Source: a virus | Taxonomy: Duplodnaviria > Caudoviricetes | Direction: 5' to 3' (one strand) | Length of the DNA: 64,000 nt | Virus record (IMG/VR): IMGVR_UViG_2841817361_000001 | Coordinates: 11,215 to 75,214 of that record | Part shown: positions 49,353-58,675 of the stretch, piece after piece | How positions within the stretch are numbered: the first letter of the stretch is position 1 | Layout: every line of letters begins with the position of its first letter | The notes under the pieces: model-generated | The model's input: only the letters and a program-made list of their open reading frames with translations | Told to the model about the DNA's origin: nothing | The model's database searches: none | Program-made: the position numbers and the translations under genes

Positions 49353-49682
49353 ATGAAACCATTTGAATACAAAAATAAATATGGATCTTTAAAATTAATA
49401 CCTGTTAGCGATCTAATGAAAGTAAGCAACATTAAAGGGGTCGATATTGATAAAAAATACAAATTTGATATAAATACAGCTGAAAAAGTTGCTTTAATAA
49501 CTGAAAATTATGACACTCAAATGTCATTCGGATTTCCTATTACAAACCAAGCTTATATAATTAAACATGAATCTTCTTCAACTGGTTATATATGTGAATT
49601 ATCAGATCTAAATTTTAATAAGGAAGTAAACGCAACGAACGAAATTTTACAAAGAAATAAATATAGTTCCATTCTAATTTAA
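49353..49682 (+). CDS. Hypothetical protein
   Basis: ATG ORF in operon. Confidence 0.55.
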   Translation: MKPFEYKNKYGSLKLIPVSDLMKVSNIKGVDIDKKYKFDINTAEKVALITENYDTQMSFGFPITNQAYIIKHESSSTGYICELSDLNFNKEVNATNEILQRNKYSSILI

Positions 49683-49694
49683 ATAAAACAAATC

Positions 49695-49886
49695 ATGTTT
49701 GAAGAAAAAATAATTGCATGCACAACGTATGTAACAGGTATTGCCTTGCTTTTTAATCCGGCTCCTGAGCTTAAATATATAGGAGGAATTATTACAGTTA
49801 CTTTAATGGTTGTAGGTATTCCAGTAGTGTATGAACTAGCTAAAACCTTTGTTAGTAAACGCAAAAGATTAAAAAATGCAAAATAA
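49695..49886 (+). CDS. Two-TM small protein
   Basis: Two hydrophobic helices and a basic tail. Confidence 0.55.
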   Translation: MFEEKIIACTTYVTGIALLFNPAPELKYIGGIITVTLMVVGIPVVYELAKTFVSKRKRLKNAK

Positions 49887-49961
49887 TATTTCACTAATAG
49901 CATATTACAACGGAGATATTGACAAAATGATACAAATATTAATTCATTTGAAATAAAAAAT

Positions 49962-50246
49962 ATGAATATCAATGGAACAAAAGAAATTATAATTGATGAA
50001 AGTTCAATATTCAAACCAACATCAGGATATGTTAGTGTTAAATTAACCAACTTAGAAGGCTGGCCAGTTGCTACAGTTTATGGAGAAAATTTTGAAACAT
50101 TAAAGGCAAACGCAGTTTTATTCTCCAAAGCTCCGGAAATGCTTGAAATTTTAAGTAGAGTATTAGATTGTCAAGCACAGGCTCATACTCTTCCTTCATG
50201 GCTAAATGAGGAAATAGAAAACCTAATAAAAGAAGCAACAGAATGA
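49962..50246 (+). CDS. Hypothetical phage protein
   Basis: ANAVLFSKAPEMLEIL...LIKEATE, a common early phage protein motif. Confidence 0.65.
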   Translation: MNINGTKEIIIDESSIFKPTSGYVSVKLTNLEGWPVATVYGENFETLKANAVLFSKAPEMLEILSRVLDCQAQAHTLPSWLNEEIENLIKEATE

Positions 50247-50556
50247 AAATATTTTTACTCCTGTCAATTTTTGCAGTATTAGCAATAATATCACTTTTCA
50301 TAGTTAAGCCTTACAATTTAATAATAAGAATGTTAAATAAATAATATCCCAATGAACACCATTTTAAAAATATTCAGAAAGAAAATACAGGAAGAAATAC
50401 AACCCTGTGGAGTAATTCAAATCGGAAAATATCCGGAAAATTACAATGATCTAGGCACAAAATTCATGTCTCATCAAAGAAACATTCGTGCAAGGGCATA
50501 GGTAAAAAAATAACAAGTAAAAAAAACAAAGCTCCCCGAAGGAAGCTTATTACAAA

Positions 50557-51594
50557 ATGAAAACAACCATTTATGGAAGTCTTCAAAACAACTATAACAA
50601 AGATATGAATTATTTAGAATTAAAACAAGACACTACCCTTTCTCATAATTCAGAAATGCAATATTTCAATTCATTTTTCCAGGACCTTTTAAAAGGGTTA
50701 CAGAGTGGTAAATATATTACAGACAAGGGGACTAAATATTCTCTCACGACAATAAGACATTATAAAAATGCTTATGACTGGTTTGTTTTTTGGGAAGCTC
50801 ACATTGGTATTCAATTACAAATGAATGAGGTAATATATAATACTGTTGAAATGTTTAAAACGTTTCTTAGCAATTATCATCTTACATTAAATAGTGTATC
50901 AGTTATTATCTCTAAAATTAAATCTGTGCTAAACTTTGCTTTTAAGTCGGGCAAGCATTTTTGGAATGGTACAGGAATAAAGATAGTGAAGGAAAAAAAT
51001 CCAAAAACGTATTTAACAATTGAAGAATTAAAGCAAATGCGTTCATGTAAATTTTTAACTGCTGCTGAAGAAATGGTTTTAGACAATTTTACAATTCAGT
51101 TTTATATTGGTCAAAGGTATGAAACAACACAAAGATTCTTAAAGCAACCTTTTGCATTCACAAGACAACATGGAGAATTCTCATATATAGAAATTGAAGC
51201 ATATAAAACAGGAAATGTATCATATATTCCATTAGGTGAAATTGTAAAGGGTATTATCCAAAAATATAATGGTTTAGTTCCTGTATATTCCAGAACTTAC
51301 ATTAATCGCATAATTAAAGTAGTTGCGTTTAAAGCAGGATTAATTCAATTAATTGCAACTCGTGAAACACGTAATCAAAAAGTTGTTAGAGAATTTATTC
51401 CAAAGTATTCTCTTATATCTACACACACTGCAAGAAGGTCCTTAGTATCAAATCTTAAACAATTAAATTTTTCAAATCAATCAATAATGGGAATTACATC
51501 TCATGGTACAGAAGTACAATTAAATGACTATAACAGATCACAAGTAGAAAAAATAAAATCAATATTAGGTCACGAATTTTTTAACAAAATATAA
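50557..51594 (+). CDS. Tyrosine recombinase (second integrase-like gene)
   Basis: SAM-like N domain; GQRY, K, HTARRS, TSH and catalytic Y in NDYNR. Confidence 0.85.
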   Translation: MKTTIYGSLQNNYNKDMNYLELKQDTTLSHNSEMQYFNSFFQDLLKGLQSGKYITDKGTKYSLTTIRHYKNAYDWFVFWEAHIGIQLQMNEVIYNTVEMFKTFLSNYHLTLNSVSVIISKIKSVLNFAFKSGKHFWNGTGIKIVKEKNPKTYLTIEELKQMRSCKFLTAAEEMVLDNFTIQFYIGQRYETTQRFLKQPFAFTRQHGEFSYIEIEAYKTGNVSYIPLGEIVKGIIQKYNGLVPVYSRTYINRIIKVVAFKAGLIQLIATRETRNQKVVREFIPKYSLISTHTARRSLVSNLKQLNFSNQSIMGITSHGTEVQLNDYNRSQVEKIKSILGHEFFNKI

Positions 51595-51600
51595 AATCTC

Positions 51601-52086
51601 ATGAAGAATTTAGAAATCACTCAAGAAGCAGCCGTAAAAGCATACTCTGAAGCTTCAAAAAATGGAAAACTATTACTAGAAAATCTTTTCGGAAAAAAGG
51701 TATTTCTTGTAGATATTAAAGAAAGAATAAAATCTATTGAAGACGCAATTAATGAACTTGGAGAAAATGATGATGAAGTAATTGTATTAAGAGCCTTAGA
51801 AGTAGCAGGTATTAATAATCATATTTTATATACTCAATGGCTAGTAGTTATTACCAAAGCTCTAAATGAAGGCTGGGAGCCAGATTGGGGGAATGGACAA
51901 TGGGATAAGTGGTTCAACTGGTTCAATATGCCATCGAAAAATGGCCGGTTCTCGTTCTTCGGCTCCTATTATCGGAGCTCGTTTTCGCTTTGCTCTGCCC
52001 GCCTTTGCTTTAAATCAAAAGAACTTGCTGAGCACGCTGCTAATCAATTCTTAGAGGTGTATGAGAAATCTTATACTAATCAATAA
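51601..52086 (+). CDS. DGR target protein 2
   Basis: Contains VR2; EAAVKAY...LLENLFGKKVF N-terminus. Confidence 0.9.
   Translation: MKNLEITQEAAVKAYSEASKNGKLLLENLFGKKVFLVDIKERIKSIEDAINELGENDDEVIVLRALEVAGINNHILYTQWLVVITKALNEGWEPDWGNGQWDKWFNWFNMPSKNGRFSFFGSYYRSSFSLCSARLCFKSKELAEHAANQFLEVYEKSYTNQ
51943..52007 (+). repeat. DGR variable repeat VR2
   Basis: Differs from TR only at adenines (18 of 21). Confidence 0.95.
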
Positions 52087-52097
52087 AACTAATTTAA

Positions 52098-52469
52098 ATG
52101 AATGTAACAGATAAAGTAAAAAGTTTTGAAGATGCGTGTCAATTATTAGGACTAAAACCTGATGTTCCAAAAGTATCATTATTACCAGAAAAATACCAAA
52201 AATCTATAGTAGCACATTATAAATTGATAATTATTACTGAAGCATTAAATGAAGGCTGGACAGCTGATTGGAGTAATTGGAATGAAAGAAAATATTATCC
52301 TTGGTTTGAAATGAGTGATTCTTCTGGCCGGTTCTCGTTCGGCAGCTCCGATTATCTGTGCTCGAATTCGGATTGCGCTGCCCGCCTTTGTTTAAAAACA
52401 CGGGATTTAGCAAATTACATAGGTGAATCGTTCATTGATTTATATAAAGATTATTTCATAATAGATTAA
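52098..52469 (+). CDS. DGR target protein 3
   Basis: Contains VR3; VKSFEDAC...ALNEGWTADW...KYYPWF. Confidence 0.9.
   Translation: MNVTDKVKSFEDACQLLGLKPDVPKVSLLPEKYQKSIVAHYKLIIITEALNEGWTADWSNWNERKYYPWFEMSDSSGRFSFGSSDYLCSNSDCAARLCLKTRDLANYIGESFIDLYKDYFIID
52326..52390 (+). repeat. DGR variable repeat VR3
   Basis: Differs from TR only at adenines (15 of 21); identity extends 8 nt further 5' (ATTCTTCT). Confidence 0.95.
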
Positions 52470-52474
52470 ATTCT

Positions 52475-52680
52475 TAAGGTTGTACAGTTTCATGTTGCTC
52501 TTATTCTTCTAGCCAGTTCTCGTTCAACAACTCCAATAATCAGAACTCGAATTCGAATTGCACTACCCACCTATGTTTTTAATATAAAAACTGTAAACCT
52601 TACCTCTTGGTAAAAAATAATTCACTTTCATAAAGGCGTTGGTAAGTATTACTGAAAACGACTTTTCTAAAGCAAAGATT
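52475..52680 (+). ncRNA. DGR template RNA region (TR core 52511-52575 plus flanking stem and spacer)
   Basis: Intergenic AAC/AAT-rich repeat AGC CAG TTC TCG TTC AAC AAC TCC AAT AAT CAG AAC TCG AAT TCG AAT TGC ACT ACC CAC CTA TG; RNA ends are inferred. Confidence 0.9.
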
Positions 52681-53643
52681 ATGAAAAGAATAAACAATTT
52701 ATTTGAAAAAATAATTTGCATTGACAATGTAAAACAAGCAGATATAAATGCTCAAAAAGGAAAAAGCAAACAATATGGTGTAAAACTACATAATAAAAAC
52801 AAAGAGTTAAACATTAGTGAATTACATAACTCACTTAAATTAAAACAGTACAAAACCTCGCAATATGATATTTTCACAATAACAGAACCTAAAGAAAGAG
52901 AAATATACAGACTTCCATATTTCCCAGATAGAATAATGCATCATGCTATTATGAATGTATTAGAACCATTATTTGTTTCAACTTTTACTAGTGATACTTA
53001 TAGTTGTATAAAAAAAAGAGGCATACATAAAGCTTCTTATAATTTAAGAAAATCTTTAAAGCGTAAAAATGAGACTATATATTGTCTAAAGTTGGATATA
53101 AAAAAGTTTTACCCAAATATTAATCACGAAATTTTAAAAAGTTTACTATTAAAGAAGTTTAAAGATAAAGATCTATTATGGCTTCTAAATGAAATAATTG
53201 ATAGTGCTCCAGGTTTACCAATTGGAAATTACTTAAGTCAGTATCTAGCAAACTTTTATCTAACATATTTTGATCATTGGGTAAAGGAAGAATTAAAAGT
53301 TAAGTACTATTTCAGATATGCAGATGATATAGTCATACTTAACACTTCAAAAGAAAACCTTCACATAATATTAAATCAAATTAAAGACTATTTAAGCATT
53401 AAATTAAAATTACTAGTAAAAGAAAATTGGCAAATATTTCCGGTAGAAAAAAGAGGTATTGACTTCGTTGGATATGTTCATTATCATAATCATGTTAAGC
53501 TTAGAAAATCAATAAAAAAGAAATTTGCAGCCATGATTAAAAGAAATCCTAATAAAGCTTCTATAGCATCATACTCTGGATGGACAAAACACTGTAACTC
53601 ACATAATCTTATGAAAAAACTTTTAAATAATGTTCCACTTTAG
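52681..53643 (+). CDS. DGR reverse transcriptase
   Basis: LKLDIKKFY, DGR-type GLPIGNYLSQ, RYADD, GIDFVGY; no maturase or endonuclease tail; ATG 52681 preferred over TTG 52639. Confidence 0.95.
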   Translation: MKRINNLFEKIICIDNVKQADINAQKGKSKQYGVKLHNKNKELNISELHNSLKLKQYKTSQYDIFTITEPKEREIYRLPYFPDRIMHHAIMNVLEPLFVSTFTSDTYSCIKKRGIHKASYNLRKSLKRKNETIYCLKLDIKKFYPNINHEILKSLLLKKFKDKDLLWLLNEIIDSAPGLPIGNYLSQYLANFYLTYFDHWVKEELKVKYYFRYADDIVILNTSKENLHIILNQIKDYLSIKLKLLVKENWQIFPVEKRGIDFVGYVHYHNHVKLRKSIKKKFAAMIKRNPNKASIASYSGWTKHCNSHNLMKKLLNNVPL

Positions 53644-53926
53644 TGATTTTAACATCAAACCTAAAGAAAACGCATTTACAGGAAAAAAAATAGACATTGA
53701 TGATATTTTAAATATTGAAATTATAATATATAAATATCAAATTAAAGACTCTACAAAAAAATCAAATACAAAATATCTCACTTTACAAATTGAGATAGAT
53801 AAAATTCAAAGAATTGTCTTCACAGGATCTAAAAATCTAATTGATTTAATAACTCAAGTACCAGAAGACAAATTTCCATTTTTCACTACTATCAAAAAGA
53901 ATGATCGTAGACTAGAATTCACTTAA
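53630..53926 (+). CDS. Putative DGR accessory protein (beta-rich, not Avd-like)
   Basis: Overlaps the RT stop by 14 bp; FTGKKIDIDDILN...VFTGS..L...FPFFTTI. Confidence 0.55.
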   Translation: MFHFSDFNIKPKENAFTGKKIDIDDILNIEIIIYKYQIKDSTKKSNTKYLTLQIEIDKIQRIVFTGSKNLIDLITQVPEDKFPFFTTIKKNDRRLEFT

Positions 53927-53942
53927 CAAATAAATTATTTAT

Positions 53943-54455
53943 ATGAAAAACATTTTAGTAGTAACACTATTAGTCGTTACAACTGCATTACATGCACAAT
54001 TTACAAAAGGAACAAAATTTATTGAAGTTGGATCTTCATCAAATGATTTAAGAGTTTCACCAACTGGACTTATGTTTTATGTTTCAGATGAAAAAGAAAA
54101 ATCTATTGTGATTGGGTTATCTGGAGGATATTTCATTTCGGATGGTTTAGCAATGAAATTAGGAACTGGATTCTCTTATTCAAAACTTAGAGATTTAAAT
54201 GCTCTAAAATCTTACGGTGTTTCAGGTGGAATTGAATATTATATATCAAATAAATTTCCAGTTGAAATTAGATACTCAGCTTCATTTAGAGATCAATATA
54301 AAGATTCTCATTTCTTAACACTTAAAGTAGGCTATGCAAAAGTATTTGATAAAAAGTTTGTTTTAAAACCTTTTGCGTTTATAGAAAAATCTTTAAACAA
54401 TTATTATGCAAATGGTGCTGGCTTAGGTGTTTCATTTTCCTACAATTTCAAGTAA
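53943..54455 (+). CDS. Small outer-membrane beta-barrel protein
   Basis: Signal peptide LHA-Q, amphipathic strands (GGYFISDGLA), terminal GVSFSYNF. Confidence 0.75.
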   Translation: MKNILVVTLLVVTTALHAQFTKGTKFIEVGSSSNDLRVSPTGLMFYVSDEKEKSIVIGLSGGYFISDGLAMKLGTGFSYSKLRDLNALKSYGVSGGIEYYISNKFPVEIRYSASFRDQYKDSHFLTLKVGYAKVFDKKFVLKPFAFIEKSLNNYYANGAGLGVSFSYNFK

Positions 54456-54529
54456 CACATTACAAATTAACAATTTTCCCCCGGCAGAGTCCTAGCAAAG
54501 CCGGGGTTTTAAAACAAAACAATCATATC

Positions 54530-56044
54530 ATGTTCAATAAAGATTTTTATCCAACACCAGAACCAGTTATTGCACAAATGACTTGGGATTTAGATTTAAA
54601 TAATAAAGTTGTTTTAGAGCCGAGTGCGGGCAAAGGTGATATTGTAGATTTTTGCCAAAATTCAGGCGCAAATGTTATTGCTTGTGAAATTAATTATGAT
54701 TTGAGAACTATTTTACAAGCAAAATGTAAGGTTATTTCTGATGACTTTTTAAAGGTTACCTCTGACATGGTTTCTCATGTTGATTATATCATCATGAACC
54801 CGCCTTTCTCTGCAGATGAAAAACATATTTTACATGCTTGGGAAGTTTGTCCCGATGGTTGTGAAATTATTGCATTATGTAATGCAGATACGGTCGGCAA
54901 CACATATACTAGAAGCAGAAATATCTTATCAAATATAATAACTAATTATGGCACTTATGAAAATATAGGCAATGTATTTTCTTCTGCTGAAAGGAAAACT
55001 AATGTTGAGATTGGACTTATTAGAATAACCAAGCCAGGTTCTAAATCTGATTTTTCTGAATATTTCTCTGATGAAGATGATGAGATTGAGAAACAAGAAA
55101 ATGGAATAATGTCCTATAATGCAATTAGAGAGGTAGTGCAGAGATATGTAAGTGCTGTAAAGCTATACGATGAAGTACTAGCTAATGCAGTAAAAATGAA
55201 TGCTGTGACATCTGGTATAGGCATTAGAGATCTGACTTTTGTATGTAGAGAAGGCGATGTTCCTACTAATAGGCAAGAGTTTGCTAAAAACTTGCAAAAA
55301 GCTTCTTGGCAATGGATTTTTTCTAAAATGGATATGGGAAAGTTTATAACCAGAGGTGTAAGAGATGATATTAATGCATTCATAGAGAAGCAAAAGTCAA
55401 TGAAATTTACCATGAAAAACATTTATAAAATGTTAGAAATTATAATTGGTACTACTTCTAATAGAATGGATAAGGCATTATTAGAGGTTTTTGATAAGCT
55501 TACTATGCATTATCATGAAAACAGATATAGCGTCGAAGGATGGAAGACAAATAGCCATTATTTGGTTAATCAAAAATTTATAAAGGGTAATATTTGTTGG
55601 CAAGATCAACGCTGGTACAAGGGGCAATCACAAATAGAAATTAGTTCATCTAATGATATAATAGAAGATCTTGCCAAAGCACTTTGCTTCATAACAGGAC
55701 GAGACTATGACTACATGCCATCCTTATACGCTCAAATAAAATATAATTATAAGCTTGTTAATTCTAATGGAGAAACCATTAAGGCTTTCTACAGAAAGGA
55801 TCTTGCGGAACAAGAGAAAGATATATTATCTCAAAAATCTATTTACTGTTCAATAGTTTATGAAGACACATATAATTATGGAGAATGGTTTGATTGGGGA
55901 TTCTTTGAATGTAAAGCTTTTAAAAAAGGTACAATGCATTTTAAATTTAAAGATCGCGACATCTGGGCAACATTCAACCAGCATATTGCAAGAATCAAAG
56001 GCTATCCACTTCCGGAAGCTTTAAAACCTACAAATAAAAAATAA
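54530..56044 (+). CDS. Amino-methyltransferase fused to a DUF4942-like domain
   Basis: DFYPTP, VLEPSAGKG, IMNPPF; C-terminal KAFKKGTMHFKF. Confidence 0.8.
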   Translation: MFNKDFYPTPEPVIAQMTWDLDLNNKVVLEPSAGKGDIVDFCQNSGANVIACEINYDLRTILQAKCKVISDDFLKVTSDMVSHVDYIIMNPPFSADEKHILHAWEVCPDGCEIIALCNADTVGNTYTRSRNILSNIITNYGTYENIGNVFSSAERKTNVEIGLIRITKPGSKSDFSEYFSDEDDEIEKQENGIMSYNAIREVVQRYVSAVKLYDEVLANAVKMNAVTSGIGIRDLTFVCREGDVPTNRQEFAKNLQKASWQWIFSKMDMGKFITRGVRDDINAFIEKQKSMKFTMKNIYKMLEIIIGTTSNRMDKALLEVFDKLTMHYHENRYSVEGWKTNSHYLVNQKFIKGNICWQDQRWYKGQSQIEISSSNDIIEDLAKALCFITGRDYDYMPSLYAQIKYNYKLVNSNGETIKAFYRKDLAEQEKDILSQKSIYCSIVYEDTYNYGEWFDWGFFECKAFKKGTMHFKFKDRDIWATFNQHIARIKGYPLPEALKPTNKK

Positions 56045-56085
56045 TCACCACCACGGTGTAAAGCCGGGGATATATCCAAAATATC

Positions 56086-56316
56086 ATGAAATACTTTGCA
56101 AAATTAGATTTATGTGTAGGACATCCGAATCAATATGGAGACTGTGAAAGTTGTCATAAGAAAGTTACTCATCATACTTATTCTCTGGTAATATATAAGG
56201 AGATAATTAATCCTATTACTGGTAAAAATAGCATGATTACAAAGAGCCATACATACGGACATGAGGAGTGTTTAAATGGAATCATACGTAAATACGGAGC
56301 AGAATTAATAAAATAA
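56086..56316 (+). CDS. Small Cys/His protein
   Basis: CESC...HEEC. Confidence 0.55.
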   Translation: MKYFAKLDLCVGHPNQYGDCESCHKKVTHHTYSLVIYKEIINPITGKNSMITKSHTYGHEECLNGIIRKYGAELIK

Positions 56317-56331
56317 TAAATAAACAGCAAT

Positions 56332-57096
56332 ATGGAAAAACAGATTATTCCGGTAATTGATACCGATTTTTTACAACAGAAAGCAAATGAATACGCAATG
56401 AAGGGTGCAGAAGATGCCTTAAGAGATTTCTATACTTCTTATAGTTCACCTTATAAAAAGGCTATTGAAGAAAATCTAAAGAACAAAGGTGTAGACGGTA
56501 GTTTTGACATTCCTGATATTATTGGAGTATTAAATGCAAAATTTTCTCAACAGGTTGACGAGATTGCAAATACTGCAATTGCAAAAACTTTTGTTCCAAT
56601 GGTTAAGAAATTTCTTACCAGAGAAGATGCTGAAATTAAATTCTCAGAAATATTACACAAGTTTATTGAAAGGACTGATTTCAAAGGTAACGACCAAAGT
56701 ATTGAAGACTATACGGTTGAAAAGATAACTAAGTATGATGAATCTCCATCACTAAGAGACACATTCTTTTCTTATCAAATTTCCAATGGTGAAATTGGTT
56801 ATGAATTGAGTTTTTATAGAAATAGGCACAATGATAAAGAAGAAATTACAATGAGTTCTCTTCCTTATTTGCTCGACAATTACGGAAAATACAGCCATAG
56901 ATATGAAACTCAGCAAAAAATGAAAATATCATTAGATGAAGGTGTAACTCTAGAACTTCCTTTTGTAAAAGGGATTTTAGATGATGATTTTACATCATTT
57001 ATTGCCCGGCTTGTAGTGGGAAATAATACCATTGTTTTTGATGTACAAGATTTTGATGAAGATATGTTCCCTAACAATCATTGCCATTGTGATTAA
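56332..57096 (+). CDS. Hypothetical protein
   Basis: 254-aa ATG ORF ending HCHCD. Confidence 0.65.
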   Translation: MEKQIIPVIDTDFLQQKANEYAMKGAEDALRDFYTSYSSPYKKAIEENLKNKGVDGSFDIPDIIGVLNAKFSQQVDEIANTAIAKTFVPMVKKFLTREDAEIKFSEILHKFIERTDFKGNDQSIEDYTVEKITKYDESPSLRDTFFSYQISNGEIGYELSFYRNRHNDKEEITMSSLPYLLDNYGKYSHRYETQQKMKISLDEGVTLELPFVKGILDDDFTSFIARLVVGNNTIVFDVQDFDEDMFPNNHCHCD

Positions 57097-57188
57097 TTAA
57101 TCTATTCCCCCTGTGTATGCAGGGGGGGAACATACAAAAAGAGAAATAAAATATGAAAAACGGCAAAATAATTATGTATGATAGCCCA

Positions 57189-57897
57189 GAAGCTGCATTA
57201 TTAAAAGCAAATGAATTGAACACAAAGCATAAAATATACACTGGTGTACTTTCAGTTGAAAAAGCATTTAACCTTTAAATATAAAGATTATGAATACACT
57301 TACACACCCACATTACACAGTTGCACCAGTAGTAGAAACTATTTTTATTGATGGTTTTAAATTTGAAATTTGCGAATTCAATACAGAGTCTGCAAGAAAA
57401 GAATTTGGGGTGAGTAAGGCTTCAAGATTTTTAATGATTGAGGGTAATTATTTTAATAATGAAACCCTTGAAAAAGGCGGTTTAATGATTGGTGATGAGA
57501 TTTGGTCTGCATACTGCAAAGACAGAAAATTTATCAATGACTTGATTTCAGATTTTGAAAAAAAATTAGAAGCAATCGAAAAATGGCAAGAACGTGCTTC
57601 AAGAATTAAAGAAGGTAGATACAATACGTTTCAGATTACTGTTGAAAAATTGAAATCTGATTTAAAAAGCAGATACGGTGTTCATTTAAAATAGATGTTC
57701 AGCAGAACTGAACAGATAAAAATATTGAACAAAATATTTAATAACAGCGGGGTAAAACCCGCTTTTTAAATAAATAGCTAATAAAAAGCAATTAAAAAGC
57801 AAATAAATTATTATATTTGTATAAGTTATGATCGAAGCAAAGACAATACAAAAGTATAAGACTAAAAGGCTGTGGAGATCTATAATGAACAATATAA
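57189..57897 (+). repeat. Direct repeat copy 1 (709 bp)
   Basis: Matches 61426-62137; the only difference seen is a T5 vs T8 run. Confidence 0.92.
57290..57694 (+). CDS. Hypothetical protein (duplicated)
   Basis: Identical to 61527..61934 apart from one Phe. Confidence 0.7.
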   Translation: MNTLTHPHYTVAPVVETIFIDGFKFEICEFNTESARKEFGVSKASRFLMIEGNYFNNETLEKGGLMIGDEIWSAYCKDRKFINDLISDFEKKLEAIEKWQERASRIKEGRYNTFQITVEKLKSDLKSRYGVHLK

Positions 57898-58292
57898 TTA
57901 TAAATAATTCGAACAAACAGAGACTGGCAAACAACGCCTACAATGAAATAAGTTTCATCGCTCAGTCTCTAATTCCAAAGATTGATACACTGAAGGAAAC
58001 CAATAAACCTAAACACCAGCTAAAGAAAGCGGTAAACGATCTGCTCTCGGAGCTGGAGAAAATAACAAAGGAACACTATTCTAATTTCTCAGATTACGGA
58101 ATAGTAGAATCGGATGAAGGCTGCAAACATGAAGCTTTGGATATCTACAATGTGACTGCTAAAGCTTATGACGAACTTCTTTCTCTTCCTGCAAATGAAA
58201 TTACCAGTCTTATGGCCCTGAATCGTAGGCTTAAAGATAGCGGAGTGGATTATAAACAAGTGTTAATAGATTACCAACCTATTTTAAAATAA
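57828..58292 (+). CDS. Hypothetical protein, chimeric at the repeat boundary
   Basis: First 23 aa shared with 62068..62376; preceded by a terminator hairpin (57746-57767) and a TATATTTG box. Confidence 0.55.
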   Translation: MIEAKTIQKYKTKRLWRSIMNNIIINNSNKQRLANNAYNEISFIAQSLIPKIDTLKETNKPKHQLKKAVNDLLSELEKITKEHYSNFSDYGIVESDEGCKHEALDIYNVTAKAYDELLSLPANEITSLMALNRRLKDSGVDYKQVLIDYQPILK

Positions 58293-58297
58293 TCATC

Positions 58298-58675
58298 ATG
58301 AATTATGGAGAATTACCAACAATAGTAAGGCAGTTAGATATTGAAGCAAAGGAAATGATGTTTTATCAATATTTGCCTATAAAATTAAAAGATCAAAAGG
58401 TATTTAATATTGAACCTAGATTGGGTGTGTTTGTTCCTTTTATCGTTCACTGTATGAGTGACTTTAAAAATAAATATGGAAGGTATCGTTTTCTTGATTC
58501 TTATATGTATTTGACTGTAAAAAGACAATATCAGAGTAAGTCAAAACTATTTAACCGTCCAGGTTACCATTCTGATGGATTTCTAACTGATGATATAAAT
58601 TATATATGGAGTGATAAAAAAGAAAAAGCTAAACAATTAATCAACAAAGTAAAAGACAATGGAGCTAGAATTTAA
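58298..58675 (+). CDS. Possibly truncated 2OG-Fe(II) oxygenase-like protein
   Basis: NRPGYHSDGF HxD motif, but the ORF ends before any distal His strand. Confidence 0.4.
   Translation: MNYGELPTIVRQLDIEAKEMMFYQYLPIKLKDQKVFNIEPRLGVFVPFIVHCMSDFKNKYGRYRFLDSYMYLTVKRQYQSKSKLFNRPGYHSDGFLTDDINYIWSDKKEKAKQLINKVKDNGARI

Noticed and set aside
52639-53643. Group II intron, retron or Abi RT
   Set aside because: Short RT with IGxxxSQ and an adjacent TR with adenine-specific VR pairs identifies a DGR; no maturase domain or retron VTG motif
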